64,000 nucleotides of DNA. Source: Callorhinchus milii. Lineage: Eukaryota. Shown in pieces: positions 1 to 14,500 of this stretch. The stretch spans positions 8,930,001 through 8,994,000 of the forward strand of contig NW_024704742.1 in the NCBI RefSeq assembly GCF_018977255.1, read 5' to 3'. Numbering within the stretch: the first letter of the stretch is position 1; every line of letters begins with the position of its first letter. The position numbers were made by a program, and so were the translations under genes. The notes beneath the pieces are model-generated. The model was not told the origin of the DNA, made no database searches, and saw only the letters and a program-made list of their open reading frames with translations.

Positions 1-410
1 TAATGTTTATTAAGACTTTTAATTACTCTTTATATGCATTTAGAATGTAATCTACCCATAATTCTTTAATAAGGTTTGTTTGATAGAATGACTAGCTTAG
101 CAGGGGTTAAAAGGAGCTTCGCTGGACGGGTTGAGGTCAGCTTCTGATTACATTTCATATTTTCCTGGGAAGATGTTCACTCCTCTGAGATAATGAGCAA
201 TCGGGTCCTTGAGCACCGATGTAAGAACAATGGATCACAGAAAAAAAAGGCTACAACCTCAGACACCTGCCATCTCGAGGCTGAGAAACAAACCGGCTGT
301 GGAAGGCTGCCCAGAAGTTGTCCATATCTTTCTCCTTATCAGATATTTTCCCATGCGAAAAGAGCCTGCTCAAAGATTGTTAGCAGCCTGTGAAGGGTGG
401 GGGCTATCTC

Positions 411-1207
411 TGTGACAAGGGGAGGTGGAGTTAGAAACACATAAAAAGATTAATTTTGAAAATAATTGGAGTTGTGTAGAGGGTCAGCACACTTCCCAGT
501 GGAATCGATGTTGATTCTAGCGTATCTATGTATAGTGTACAGGGGTGAGGGAATTTACCTCCAGTAAGAAAGTGACCATGAAAAGTGAAAGAGGAGTAGT
601 GGGTAATATGTTTTTGGTTCTGTTTGCTAGGCAGAGAAGTAATAACAACAGTAGTAGTGGTTGGTCCGTTTGAAACACAGAAGTCAGGTTAGACAGTACA
701 AGTGAGGCGTTGGGCTAAGAGCTGATTGTTTCTTTTGGGTTTCCAGGAGCCACTCGCTGTGACTCAGTGTGATAGCTCTGTGATCTCTCCAGTGTGCTCC
801 CAGGTCTACTGTTTAGTCTGCAGTACAAAACAGTGCTTGGCTACGTGTTGTCGTCCCTATATCGTCGGTACTGCTGTTGCTGCGTACGACTGGTTGGGTC
901 CGAGGGTTTACCGGTCGCTGGTCCGTTTAGTGTATGTGTTACCAGAATCAGTTGTACTTGAGGGATTTCCAGGGGTTGATCTCTGCTGTGTATTTTAAGG
1001 TGTGTTGTTTGTCTGGAGTACTGAGCAACCCCTGTATGCATGCTGTGTGATAAATGTTTTGCTCACACAGATGTGTTGTATTGTTATTGTGTTGTTATGT
1101 TTGGTATAATTTGATTAGATTATTAAACCTTATGTTTCATCTTATGCAATAAACTCTATACTCTTACCACTGCCTGTCAAATTATTTACAGTTTACACTT
1201 GTTCACA
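411..1207 (+). mobile_element. Probable LTR (Gypsy-like 3' LTR or solo LTR)
   Basis: Begins TGTGACAAG and ends CTTGTTCACA (TG...CA with short terminal inverted repeat). AATAAA ~55 nt before the end; purine tract GAAGGGTGGGGG just upstream. No TSD seen. Confidence 0.4.
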
Positions 1208-1327
1208 GTTCATTCAGGTCTGCACATTGCTGATGAGAGGCCAAAGGACTGCAAATGTGGGAAATAATAATAATATTAATAATTGTTGGGGACAGAAAAT
1301 ATCTAGTTTTACCTGACATTATTTCAT

Positions 1328-1457
1328 CTGCTGTGCGCAAATGGCTGCTGCGTTTCACCCACAAATATACAGTCGATTCACTTTATAGTATATTCTGTGA
1401 AGAGCTTTGAGACGTCTAGAAGATGTGAAAAGCGTTATATCAAATGCAAGGATTATC
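1328..1457 (+). mobile_element. SINE 3' half (similar halves at 29040-29212, 41523-41630, 44215-44358, 46626-46738, 50265-50425, 55840-56017, 61085-61220)
   Basis: CTGTGCGCAAATGGCTGC...ATCAAATGCAAGGATTAT. Confidence 0.85.
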
Positions 1458-3464
1458 ATTTATTTATTAATATTAGCTGATCTGGATTCTGGCATCGGGA
1501 ACCAAAAGGGGATAAACTGTTGCATTCCCCAGGAGAAGTCTCATTCAGCACAGAAATGACCAAATCAGCAGTAAAAGGCTCCTGGTTAGATTTGGATGGC
1601 ATGACATGCACAGCAATATTTTTTTTACAATGAATAAATCCAACCTTACTTTTCAACCACTGTACATAGTATCTGTTAATTGTCTGGGTATTAACTAGAA
1701 ACTAAGTATATAATGTGTGATTGGCATCAGTGCCATGGATCTGCCATAGATCAGGATCTGAACAGAATCCATGTGCGTTATAAAGCCATGACAAGGTCAT
1801 TGCATGAACCAGTCAATAAAAATGCACATCTTATCTGTGGTGTTATTAACTCCTGGAGTGTCTGAGACGAATGGGCAAATCGCTTAAAACAAGTTGTTGG
1901 TCAACAATGCTACTGTATTATTTACGGTATCATTGCTGAATTGATTTATATTTTAATCATTAAGCATTTTACTATAACTTCAATGGCCATAAAGAAATAG
2001 TCCTGGTATGGTTTCACAAGACTACCACTTTTATTATGAGTTTTTACATACAGTATCAAATGCATAACAAACATAGCAGCGGCACTAGACTCACAACTTA
2101 CTAATACAGTAAAGCAATTTATTACATAAATACAGATTTCTTATAGCTGACACAGCAGTTCTGAATTTGAAGACTTCTGGGGAAGAGATCACTTTCCATA
2201 CAAAAATATTTTTTTTTAGTTTTGTTAATAAAATAACAATTTTGTTTATGGATTGTCAGTGACTGTTAGAAAGGAACATATGACAAATCTTTTCAGATAT
2301 GAAACGTCATTTATGAACATTTACTATACAAATATAACAGCACTATTGAATGTTTGTATTTGAAACTTCAAGTTTTATTTGCACACAAGCACAGTTAGGG
2401 TCTGCAGAAGCACCATATTAAGTGGAAAATGTTGTGTGCACTTTGACTGCACGTAGACTTGAAGTGGAAAATACCCATTTTCCACACAGGAGTTTGTGGT
2501 TTCTTGGCAATGCTAGTTTAAGGACCTAACTGATAACCTGTATTATGCTTAAAACTGGGAACGAGTGGTATATTTGTGTGTTTATGTCCTGTGGGTGTAA
2601 AACTAACAATTAACCTTCTACCTGACCATCATTTCAAATAGCATTGTTGCCATTTGTTTCTCCTGAAAAATGATCTCTTCCGTAACAAGGGCTTGATGCT
2701 TGGCTACAACGGCAATATTTTGTAGCAAAAAATCATTTATGGTAGTCAAGGCTTGTCATTAAACAATAATGTGCTGATCTAAACACTTTGTTTTACCAGA
2801 CATCAATTGCTTACTCATGTGACTTGTTCTTGTGGAAATCGTTCCATAAGCCATACAGGCAAAATGTTTAGCATCAAGACCTGTTCTGTTCATCTCAGAC
2901 ATATCATGCTGTCACAATTCAAATAAAAGGCAGTTTATGTGTGCTTGTAGAGTTGAATACAGCAATTTTTCTCTTCAGAACAGGAAACAAAATTGCTTAC
3001 AAATTCTGAGATACCAGAAAATATTTTTTTACCAAAAAACACATCTACTGTTTTGAATACATACCATACTGTCATACTGAACAGTTGAGAGTTGATACAA
3101 ACAAAATATGAATCAAATGCAATAACTAAAGTGTTACTGTGCCACAACTTATCATTACGTTTCTCAGGAACCCCAAATAAAAAGTTATTTTTAATACCAA
3201 TGCACAAAAGTGACAAATCATCTTTGATATTAAAACTACCAATATCGTCACGTTAGAAGTCAAAAGTTGCACATTATTTATTATAAATAGGGACAATAAT
3301 AGACAGGGAAAATATAAGGTTTATATTACGAAATGGACAAAATATTCTAAATTATGCATTGTTTGTACAACTTTTGAAAAACTTCAGGTTTCACTGAAAG
3401 AAAACTTACATTTGAATAGATGTACAAACATACAATATTTTGAATGAGAAAGATGTCAGGGATA

Positions 3465-3748
3465 TTAAATTTAAAATATTACCAAAGGAGCAATAGGAGA
3501 GATTAGGATTTTTTTTTTAAAAACAGAGGTTGTTAGGATGTGGAAGGCTCTACTTGGAGTGGTGGTTGAGGCTAAATTCATGTTAGCTTTCAAGATGGAA
3601 TCAGATAGATATCGTACTTAAAAATAAGTAATTTCAAGGGTATGAGGAAAATGCAGGTAAATTAAACTGAATGGTCTACTCTTTCAAAGAGACAACACAG
3701 ACACAATGGCCAAATGGCCCTTTTCTGTGCTGTAATGTCTGTGGTTCT
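3465..3748 (+). mobile_element. CR1 LINE 3' end (others at 6620-6810, 13530-13720, 40740-40830 minus, 61955-62150)
   Basis: QRVVRMWKAL..VVVEA..M.AFK.E.DRY-type ORF2 end; GGCCAAATGGCC...CTGTGCTGTAA tail. Confidence 0.75.
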
Positions 3749-5949
3749 CTGGATGAGCAAAGGCCATTTTGTCCACCGAAACTCAGCCGTAACAATTAAG
3801 CCAAATCTTTCCAAAATCAAATGCAAGGTTTTAAAACATTGAGAAATTAATTCAAAGTGTAAAGTGCTTGATTTTGTGACTACCTCATGCTGTTATCGCT
3901 TCACTGTGCAGATATCATAAGAAACATTACAAATCTTTTGCAGTCACCAGCAGAAGCTCTCACATACACAGACAGCAGGTAGATACACAATTATTAGTGC
4001 AATTAAACACATATAGTGTACAAGTTTGAAATGATGCTGCTTGTTGCAAAAATTGGAGGCCACAATACTGCATCATATGCAATATTAATACAGAGCAGTA
4101 ATCAGGGATTACACATCGTTATACACAAATAGTTAACAAGGCCTTTGAGAAGACATTTTAATGTGAAACGTGGTTCCCCAAATACATGGATTGAGACATT
4201 TTTCACAATGAAAATTAAATTTTCTCACATTCTCCCCCCACCCACCCACGTGGTCTATTTGGTGATTCAAAAACTGTATAAATTTTACATTACTATATTA
4301 GCTTTGTTTCACCATCATGGTGAAAGACTGATTTTGCAGAAAGGAAGTTTGTTACATCTCAAACCTACCATTGAGGATGCATGTTCCAGAATTCCTTTCA
4401 GCGTTTGAAGGTATAGTCATTAGATTAACTAGTTACCAGGTAACATTGGTGCAACAGAACAAATCTACTAGTGGGATGGAACTACATAATCTTTAACAAA
4501 AGTTCATCTAAAATGTCATTTTGTTTTCATTATAAAAATACATGCAACAGGTTCACAGCAGCAAGATATAAAAATTCCAACAAGTAAAATGACCATAAAT
4601 AGTTTCCAAAAAAGTAAAACTAGTAGAATATATACAGTCTTTGAACAGACCACAAAAATAATTATACCGCCTTATTTTGCCAGGCTTAAAAAAAATAATG
4701 CAAACCTCAGAGGGTGAACTACATAATGTGCAAAATTGCAGAATTTTGGCCAAATGTTTCTTAAACAGTTAAGCACCAAAAGAGATTCTGAATCAGTATA
4801 GTAGTGCAATAGTTTAATAGTAAACTTACTGCCAACTAATTGGAGCAAAGTCTCAGGATACTAAACACTTCAGTATTATAGCACACCCAACTAATTGGTG
4901 TTCTGTAAACTAAAATATTTGCTTAAACGGAGCACTTACTCAAAACACCAATTAAATCCCCGCAAGTTTTGTACAGCTTTCACTCAATAGGAAAGAATTA
5001 AGAGAATGTTGCTTGGTCTTGTAGTATTGCCAATGATAGGCTTCAACTTTAATGGAATTATTGTATTCTGTTTATTCCACCTACGATATTGAACTTCATA
5101 GGAAGCAGTAGGGCTAAACACAATTTTAGTGGGTGCGTCAAAGTTATCCAAACCTTTTAAGCTAATTCAACTGAGAACACATGATATTTTCTGTCTGTGC
5201 TGCCTGATCACAGAAGAAATATTGCAGGAATGGGTTTCTAAATTAATCATCACTGTCACAGGCAGTATGAACACTTTCACTCTGTAACTAAGTTTCTACA
5301 AGATGGTTCAGATTATTGTGCAATCTCCTTTGTCTGAGTTTATTAAATGTGAGTGTGAACTATAAAATCTGATACATTAGTCAGTGCCGCATTAAAAATT
5401 GTCAACCACACATTTCACACCTGTTTATGGACATGTAACCCACACAACAGATTACATATCCTTCTCCTTACTGAATCCTATCAAAGTTCTTTTTATTTAG
5501 TATGCCACTTATTTCAATTAGGTTCAAAAATTACATTTCCCATGTTGATTATATGGTTTCTCATTCGTTCAATGGAAAATCATTGGAAGTTTTTGGATAA
5601 TTATTTTAATTATTTTATGCCACAAAAGGTTATATCCTGTAAAGCACTAAGGAATGAATGACAAGGGAGTTTGGATACATAACCTCCAACCTATCTAAGA
5701 AAAAATGGATTTATTTACTGTAATAATTACAGTAGAAAGGAACATCAGGATCCAATTTATATTTCTAACTATAAATTAGATTTGATAAATCAGAAGGACA
5801 TTTAGTAGTTTTAGATTAATATTTGCCCAAATTAAGTGTCAATAGTGTTTGTACTGATAGTGAAATGGATAAGAGTCCTGCACGAGGCAACCTTAAACCA
5901 TACACCCTAGGTGGCAGAAGTCTCTGTCTTACTTTAACTCAGTCATGTA

Positions 5950-6560
5950 CAGGTTAGAGCACTATAATTGGTCCCATCACTGTCCACTGTCCGGAGAAGG
6001 GGAAAAATAAGCCAACTAGGGTTTCCATTTCTGACCACTATTCTGTGAGTACTGATGGAATGTGTGGGCATGTGTGAACGTTGGGCGAGTGGTGGGGTTT
6101 GGGCATGGAGTCACTCGCTATCTAAGCTGCAGAATGCTCACTTGACTCCAGTTATAGTAATTTGCAATTGCACAGAAGTCCACTGATTTTTCATCTTTGG
6201 TTACAAGCAGTTCTTTGAATGTGGTAAGATATGGTATTAAGAGGGCATCCGGGCAATTTGTACACAACAGTATGCATAGAAAATTGAAAATGTGTTGGTA
6301 ACCCTTTTAACAGTGATAAGTCATCTTTTATACTGGGTTAAAAATACAAGATTACCGGCCTATCCTCTTCAAAGAAAGATGTATACTGGACCATTGTGTA
6401 ACATAATGTTTTAATTTAAGTAAGAGCGTAGGCATCTTTGCTCCTAATCACTGTGCAGCAAATGCTGCTGAAAGTAAACCGGGGTGGACTTTGGCAAAGG
6501 CTAGGTTTGGTCTTGACAGCCCTGCGATTAAAATGCCCTGCTGACACTTACTGTCGTACA
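5950..6560 (+). repeat. Two degenerate copies of an old SINE-like repeat (about 6010-6150 and 6430-6557)
   Basis: Mutual similarity (CT.A.CACT.T.C.G...TGCTG..G.AA.T...GTG.AC.TTGG..A...GG.TTGG). Confidence 0.35.
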
Positions 6561-7495
6561 AGAACCACCAAAAAACAAAGCGATTAAGAGAATATTACTA
6601 AAAGGACTACTAAGAACTTAAAATGCCCAACCCAAAACTGTGGTTGAAGCCAAATTCATAATAGCTATTAAGAGAGAAAAGGACAAATATTTGAAAAGAT
6701 GTATGGGGAAAGGGCAGGAGAGTGGGACTAAACTTACAGATCTTTCAGAGAGCCAGCAAAAGCTGGATGGATCGAATGGCTTCAGTTGTAAAATTCTTAT
6801 TCTGCGCTCTGATGCAAGTACAGTATTTAGCTTCAGTACAGCAAGGCAAACAGAGAAGGATATGATGGAGAATCTGCTTTCCAGATGAAAAAAACTTCAC
6901 ATTAGGGCAGCATCTCTATCAAATAGTGCAAATCTATAAGAAATATCCAAATTACGGGCGTCAAAATAAGGCATCATATGAAATGAGGAAACCTTCTTTC
7001 AGAAACTGATAAAATTAAACATTAATATTTCTAACTATAATTGATATATTCTTCAGAATACCTAGGGAATAGCAACCATACCAAAATTCCTTGCTAGAAC
7101 CACAATGTACGACTACAAACCATGCTAATTGAGACCTGGGAATTCTGCACTCTCCTGAACTTTGTGCAACAGTAACACAAGAGCATGGATTTTATTATTA
7201 TAAATGTAACACACACTACTGTTGAGGATATAATTTTAGCTACTTACTTTCTCATCTTCTCTTGATGTTTCTTGGACTACATACCTTCCCTGCCCAAATA
7301 GTGAGTTTGAGACAAGGTGTTAAAGCATCTGCCAATGCTCTTTTACAGTCAATTACTAGAAGGCATGGGCAGATTATGTGAAATCAAATGACCTCCACTG
7401 GGGCAATCTTGCAATACAATACTTTGACGTTCCAACAAGCTGTGTAATTGCAATGGTGCCAAATGACAGAATCCATTCTCTAAACCAGCTGCATC

Positions 7496-7754
7496 TTATA
7501 ATCCTTGCATTTGATATAGCGCTTTTCACATCTTCTAGATGTCTCAAAGTGCTTCACAGAATATACTGTAAAGTGAATTGACTGTATATTTGTGGGCGTA
7601 ACGCAGCAGCCAATTGCGCACAGATTATGATTAGGGATTATTATTAGGCGTGTGGAGTAAGGAAATTTGCCCAAGGTTTCACCCTGCTGGAAATCAAACC
7701 CAGGTCTCTCGCTTGAGAGGTGAGTGCTCTAACCACTGAGCTGCAGGACTCCAC
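7496..7754 (-). mobile_element. SINE, internally deleted
   Basis: tRNA head and tail of the same family. Confidence 0.88.
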
Positions 7755-9785
7755 AAATATTCTAAGGAATTCTAAAATAGGCACAAAAAAAGATCTTTTC
7801 TCTATCCCAAAAGTCGATGGATGCACCTCTGATAAGCACACACTAGACATTTCACTGGACTGTCAGTCTAGACTATTAATCTCAAGACCCAATATTGGGC
7901 TTTGAGCTCACAACCTTCTAACCCAGAAGTGAGGGAGGAGCAATTTCAACTGAACCACACTGACATCCTAAGATACTAGAAAATCAGCACTATTTAAACA
8001 TTCCATTAGAGCGTAATCTTAACCAAAGCAGTTGTTTTCTTTAAAATAGGCAAGACACATTAAATGACTAAGAGCCTGAACAACAAAGTTAATAACAAAA
8101 ATCATCGCCAACCTCTTCTGAGGCAGCTTCAATTGAAAAGGTGATGAGCATTTCACTGGACCACATGATACGTGGGGGGAAATCGGACTGGTGCTGTAGC
8201 CTATTTAGATTGGTTACACGATCTGTACCCCAAAAAGTTTCTAAAGGAACATCCTTCAAAAGCATTTCCTACTATTTAACCTCAATGTATTCCTCTGCAA
8301 ACTTGCAGTAATAACAATCAAGGTCCATCTGATACAAAATGAATGGCATTTGAAAGGAATAACAGAAGATCAATATCAATACTGACTGCTACAGCTGAAA
8401 TCAAACTAATTCTAAACTCCTCCACCACAGTATTTGGTGTTGGGAAGAGCATTTATTTCTGCTTGTATATCATTTAATGTATATATGTCAAATTGTTGGG
8501 GGGAATTAGTGGGGGTGGGGGAGGGAATTTGGAATTCAGCCCATGTAAAATATCTACAGAGCCAGGTGATGCTGGGCCATTTATTAATCATTTTACCTCA
8601 AAAGGGATAAGCTATTATTTAATGATTTTGCTACTATTTTGAGAAGATAAGGTCCATCAATGTTTCGAATAATGCAGTTGTACCCAACAACAGATGGCAA
8701 CTTTTCAGAATGATCACACACTGTAATATTTATAGCATCCTGAAGATTCTGTAGATCCTGCGTGATTCACAATGAATGAGGAGGGATCTCCACGAGGGGC
8801 CTGTTTATTAAGTGAACATTGCATCATTTTCATCTCCGACCAAACAGATGACTTCATTATGCCACCCTCCTCCAATATACACCGAGTATAAATGTATGTG
8901 TAAAATTATCAGTTTCATTATATGCAACTTCAAAAAAAAACAGATCAGCTGCTTACTGCAATTATATCTGGGTCTGACCAATCACAAATAAAAGGCAGGA
9001 TAACATTCAGAGCAATGATTGTAGGACTTTGTTCAAGAACTTCGCTGTAATTCACTCTGTATTATGAGTGAATCCTTCCATATTTTTGCTTTGTTTGCAT
9101 CAAAATTGCTGAAGTGGCTGGTTGGTACAAGTGCCGTATTTTTCATTTTTGCATCTTTCAATGTAACCTTCAAGGAAGCAATCCTGTAGCAGCAGATCAT
9201 GGGAACTGACCTCCCCAGTGTGAAAAACAGCCATCAGCAATATCATTTCACAACCTGCTTTTGCTGACAAGCTGCAACTCTCCAGAAAGTATGGTAGACC
9301 TTGGGCAGATCTGCTCACATTACCACTGTTCTGTGAGGTTTTCATACACCGTTATTTACAGTGTCTGTGAGCTGCCATGAACCAAACCCGATGAGGAATG
9401 CAACCGATTACACAATTCTCAGCAGCTTTCCAACTGAGACCTCATTAATTATAAACTACAGGCTGGTGCATGGTCTAGTTTCGAGGCTAGGGCTGCACTA
9501 AAATTTTACACACATTTAGTAGTATCTTATCAAATATTCAACAACTTAATTTACTAAGACACCATCAACACTTTCAATTTTATTTTCTTGCGAATTATTC
9601 TAAATTTATGATCATTTCAACAGCAGATGATCATAAATTTAGAATAATTTCCAAGTAAATTAAATCAAAAGTGTTGATTTTCTTACAATTTTTCATACAT
9701 CATCTGCAAGGATTATTATTCATATCCAATTCTTCAACCCAAGACCAAATCACAGACTTTTGCTAGCATGCCACTTCACAAAAAC

Positions 9786-11510
9786 ATGAGCAAACAAAGC
9801 AATTATTTTGAGGAAAGGATGATGCCATAACTCAGTAAAGTCTCAAAGCGCTGCATTATGGAGTGATGGAGTCAGCAGGAGTCATGCCTGCAATTTGATC
9901 GGTGTCATACTGTGGTGGGAAGAAAGAGTATCAGAAAGGACAGTTACTATAGAATTCTCTACATCAGAGGGACTATTCTCCCATCCATTGCTGGAGAGAA
10001 TATGTATATCGCATGCCCCACGCACTCAGATTGCTTGACAGTGGTGGAGACTGATGCTGAGCCAGGGGGCGGGGGATGACCGTAAACACGGTCGAAGAGT
10101 AAGATGGGGAAGGAAGGGGCAAGGCGAAGGCATTGAGGGAGTGTTCCAGATTTTCCGGGTGTAGTGGCTGAAAACGTGGTGCCGATATTGAAATGGAGGG
10201 CATGAGGGACAAGCAGGAGGCCGAAGCCAGTCGAGCGGAGACATGAAGATCATGATGAAGCAGCGTATTGCTGATTTAAAACAGCCAGAGAAGTTAACAT
10301 TCCAGTGTCGGGCGATGTGAAGTGTAAAAGCCGAAAAATCTGCCTGTTCTTTAGGCCTCCAAAACTTCAAATGTTCAAATGGATGGCTATATCGCTTCAA
10401 GCAGGGCCATGATTTAAAATGCAAGACCTTCAATGGCGAGAATGGTGCAGTTGAGACGGAACTAACTAGCTCATAGCTGGCTGATGGTTTGCCATCTCTT
10501 ATACAGAACTACAGACCGAGAGACGTTCAGAACATTGACGAGACAGAACTTTTTTTTTAAATCAGCTCTTTCCCAATAGAACTCTGGCCAGTGCTGGCAA
10601 TGAAATTGGGAACTTGGATGTCCCCTTTTTTAATTAGTAAAGCAGCGAATCCCAGATGTTTAAAAAAATATAAAAATGCTGCTGGTAAAGCAGAAACAAA
10701 AAAAGCAAAAAACAAAAAAAAAGCCTGAATGAATGGAGCCACCTGGATTGAATGCATCATATGGTTGGACAGAAAAATGCAATACCAATGGCGTAAATTG
10801 CTGCTTTTCACTTTCTCCCCTTTATGCATCAAGTGTTCTACAGCCCACAGAGCAGAGTGTTAACTGTATTTCAAATCCTGCTACGAAAACATTCCTATGC
10901 AGGGAGATGATAGAGAGCATGGACAGTGGTATACAAATCCAGGTGTACATTCTGCAAGCCATGCACTTCACACACAAAGCACGGGGGCAGGTGTCAGAAA
11001 GGTGTTGTGTGAACTGCTTTAAACATGCTGGATGGTCTGCAGAAAATTGTGATAACACTGGTAATTTCAGAAACAAAATGACAGGAACTTGAATTTGAAG
11101 AATACATGCATGAGAGAATTGGGAGCGAGGAGGACATTATTGAATCAGTGTCATTGAGTCAGGGAGAGGATGAGGAAACCTCTGGTGATGACGTGGAAAG
11201 CCCAGTAGTTAATCCCTTCACTGGATGAGTTCAGAAAGACAATCGCAACTGTGTGAAACTTCACACAGTCATTACTTGGAACGGAGGATCTTTTTGGACT
11301 GGTTAACAAGATGGAAGCATGAATAATACAAATAATATAAACTATACACTGTATAGTTTTTCTAACAGAATAAAATGATGTGCAATTCAAATTGGTTGTT
11401 TCTTCATTTTTCTGATGCAACAAATCGCCAAAGCCTACCATAGTGAACAGCCGGATATAACAAGCTTTTCTGCTGGTTCTGAGCAGGTTTGTTATAGTGA
11501 AGTTCGACTG
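9786..11510 (+). mobile_element. Degenerate Tigger/pogo DNA transposon (CENP-B-type transposase fossil)
   Basis: Broken frames give FKCSNGWLYRFKQGH..GE, YRPRDVQNIDETELFF, KAANPRCLKNIK, KKA*MN and WLDRKM. Right end ...TTATAGTGAAGTTCGACTG|TA is typical of Tigger TIRs. Left TIR not located. Confidence 0.85.
10040..10242 (-). mobile_element. Old L2 fragment nested in the Tigger fossil
   Basis: GC-rich block resembling the reverse complement of 53035-53230, interrupting the transposase. Confidence 0.55.
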
Positions 11511-14500
11511 TAGCTGTTTTAACAAATTCAGGGATTGAAATGAACTATTTGCAAACACTCTATTCTTACTTTTAATACTGAGTGACACTGAGCAATCAGT
11601 GCCACAACAATCCTATCTAGTTTACTTTTCCAAATTGCAGCACTCTGAAGACCCCCAAAATCACCCTCTTTATTCTACCAGATATAAGCAACAGTAGACA
11701 TGTCACTGAGCAGTCATGAACATTAAAATACATTCTCTACCCGCAAACAAGATTCCTTTCTTTTGAAGCACTACTGTACACAATCTCATAACCATCTTTA
11801 GCTCTTAAACTCTTACACGTGATCCATACAAAAACTAGTTCCTAATTGAAACACTAAGTGTCTATGTACTGTATAACTACAGTGCACTTCGTTCAGCAGT
11901 TTTCAAAGATATTCGTTTTAACAACTAGCATTTTTGGAATCCACTAGAGACAGAGCAAAATAATGCCAGAATGCACAACTTGCTCTAATGTTCATGATGC
12001 TTAACACTAGGTGCCATTTTAAAGTTAGACAATTTTGATAAATGGCTTCCAGTGCTTTTCAATTCTGGTCAGCATTGGTGGAGCTTTGATACAGAAACAT
12101 CATTGAGGCTGAAGCCTTTATACCACTATTTATTTATAACTCAGCAACAATAAACACATCTAACTACTAACCAAAGAACAATTTGCATATCAGCTTTCTC
12201 TTTAGAAAAGATTTAACAGTTAGCATCCATTGATTCTAGAAAATAAATGGGTATAATACTCGATAATACTATAAATTCAGTATTCCTTCTGCGTTATCTG
12301 CACACATGCATATGTCAAAACAACACAATTTGACATGCAAGGCTAAGCAAAGAAGCTGAGTTACTATCCCTACCAATTCAGCGTTTGCTGAGAATTCATG
12401 TACAGGACACCTTATGAGATTGTAACATCTTTAATAGAAAGTCTACTTTGAACACCATTGAAATGCAAAGCAAAGATAAATCGATTATTTATGGAAGTTA
12501 AAAATCAAAAAGCCCATTAAAATTCACTAATTGGCAGGTGAGGTGAAGGGACAAAGAGGAAGGTCTACAAAGCTAATTGTATTTTACTTAAACAGTACTT
12601 ATCTTTGAAAATTACCACAATACTTGATTAAAACTGAAAACAAAGGCAACGGGTTTTCATTTTACAACCAGCTATCTTCCCCTCCCCCCTCTACTTTATG
12701 ATATGTCCTGTATTTTTATTTTCAACCTATTCCAACTTGCAATTCCTTCCATTCCAATCAGTTTCCTACATGGCTTACTGTACTTCAAACTCCCATCATT
12801 TATTTTGGTAGGAGGAACAACATTTTTGTAACTAACTCTTTATTAACTGTTTATCATTGGATGAAATGTTTTTAATAGGCATGTTTTACGATGAAAATCC
12901 AAACACTGAAGCTTGATATGCTGACATCATGGAACTGGGTTCTTTGTTGCAGAAATCACCTCAAAAAACGGAAATGAGAGGCACAAATGAATTAATAATT
13001 ATTAGCAACTGGCCCAGTAAATATGAATCTGCAGGATTAATATTACAGTATGGAAGAGTTAATATTGTAGCATTCCTTTATTAAGATGCGTTGCAGAACC
13101 AATATAACAGCTTGCAGTCAGAATTCTGCAACCAAATGCAGCACAAGTTAACATTCATTCCAGATCTGAAGCTTTTAGGCGATTATTTTGTATGTAAAGG
13201 CTATATATGAATAAATTATAATTAATTTTGTGGATTAAAAGCAATTCATACTCTGATGCTTTGATACAGGCACCATATTAAAAAAAATGTGCCTATTGAA
13301 AGTGCATTTGGGACAACTACTTGCTGTAGCTTAAAAAAAAGCATGTTATTCTGATCCGAATTTTTGCAATTTTTTTAGCCTTTTTACGAAAGTAATCTAC
13401 AATTTTAACTTCTTAAGGTTGATGTTAAAATACGTTTGTAGTTCCCTTTTGCGTTGTATTAAAATTCTGGGGAAAAAATATGGTCAGTTTGAAGGCAAAC
13501 TTCCACCAATAGCTTATAAAAGGAGGATATGGAATCTTCCGTTATAAACCACTGTTGAAACAGAGACCACAGATTCTATTAAAATGCAATAGTTCCTTTA
13601 AAAAGAGGAATACTGAAGAGAATGAGGGGGAAGAAAGTGGGATTTAATTCCTCACATAGAGAAAAAACAGGCACAGCCTTGATGAGCCAAATAGCTTATT
13701 TTCTAATATTCTACGATTTAAAAATCTAATTTGTGCTTGAATTGATTTTTATGAAGACCTGTGCTTTCTATTAATCATGGCAAATTATTTGGATCAGAAT
13801 AAGCCTCTGTACACACTCAAAGAGCTTTTTTTTCAGTTAGAAATAACCCAGATAACCAAACACTGAGAATGGGAGGTTCTCTGTAAGTAATGTAATGGTC
13901 TTGTGTCTATAACCAACTGGAGTCAAATTCGATGTTCTAAATTTCAGTGTGACTTTCTATATAAACCGTCACCTATTGTTAAGGAAGATTTTTGTTCCTT
14001 CAGTGTGTGAGACTTCAGACCAGAGTGAGAAAGACTGCAACATTAAAGGAAACGATTCCTAGAGTAAAACATTCAGCTTTATAGCAGCTCAGGTGCCGGC
14101 CAGTCCACGGCTGGAGGTACCAAAGAACAAGGAACAAAAGGAAAACACCAGCTCAGGTGTCAAACAAGAGGGCACTTTATAAAATAGGATACTGGGCACA
14201 ATGTAGCACTAACATGGCAACTATTTAGAGTGAAGGCAATAAGGTTCAATGTCCACACTTCAGTAATGGTGTGGTGGGTGGCCTGCTGTTTGTCAGCCTA
14301 TGCACAGGTTTTTAAAAAAAGCTGCCAAAAATCACTCTGGAATCTGACAACAACAAACTGCTCATATAATTAATTAAGACTATTGCTTGGCTTTAATGAA
14401 GATAGACCAGGTTTCAAAAAGGGAGGGGAATGCAAATACTGTAGTGCAAACAAATTGGTGGACTTGTATCCACAGGAAATGGGGACATTTCATCTCTAGA

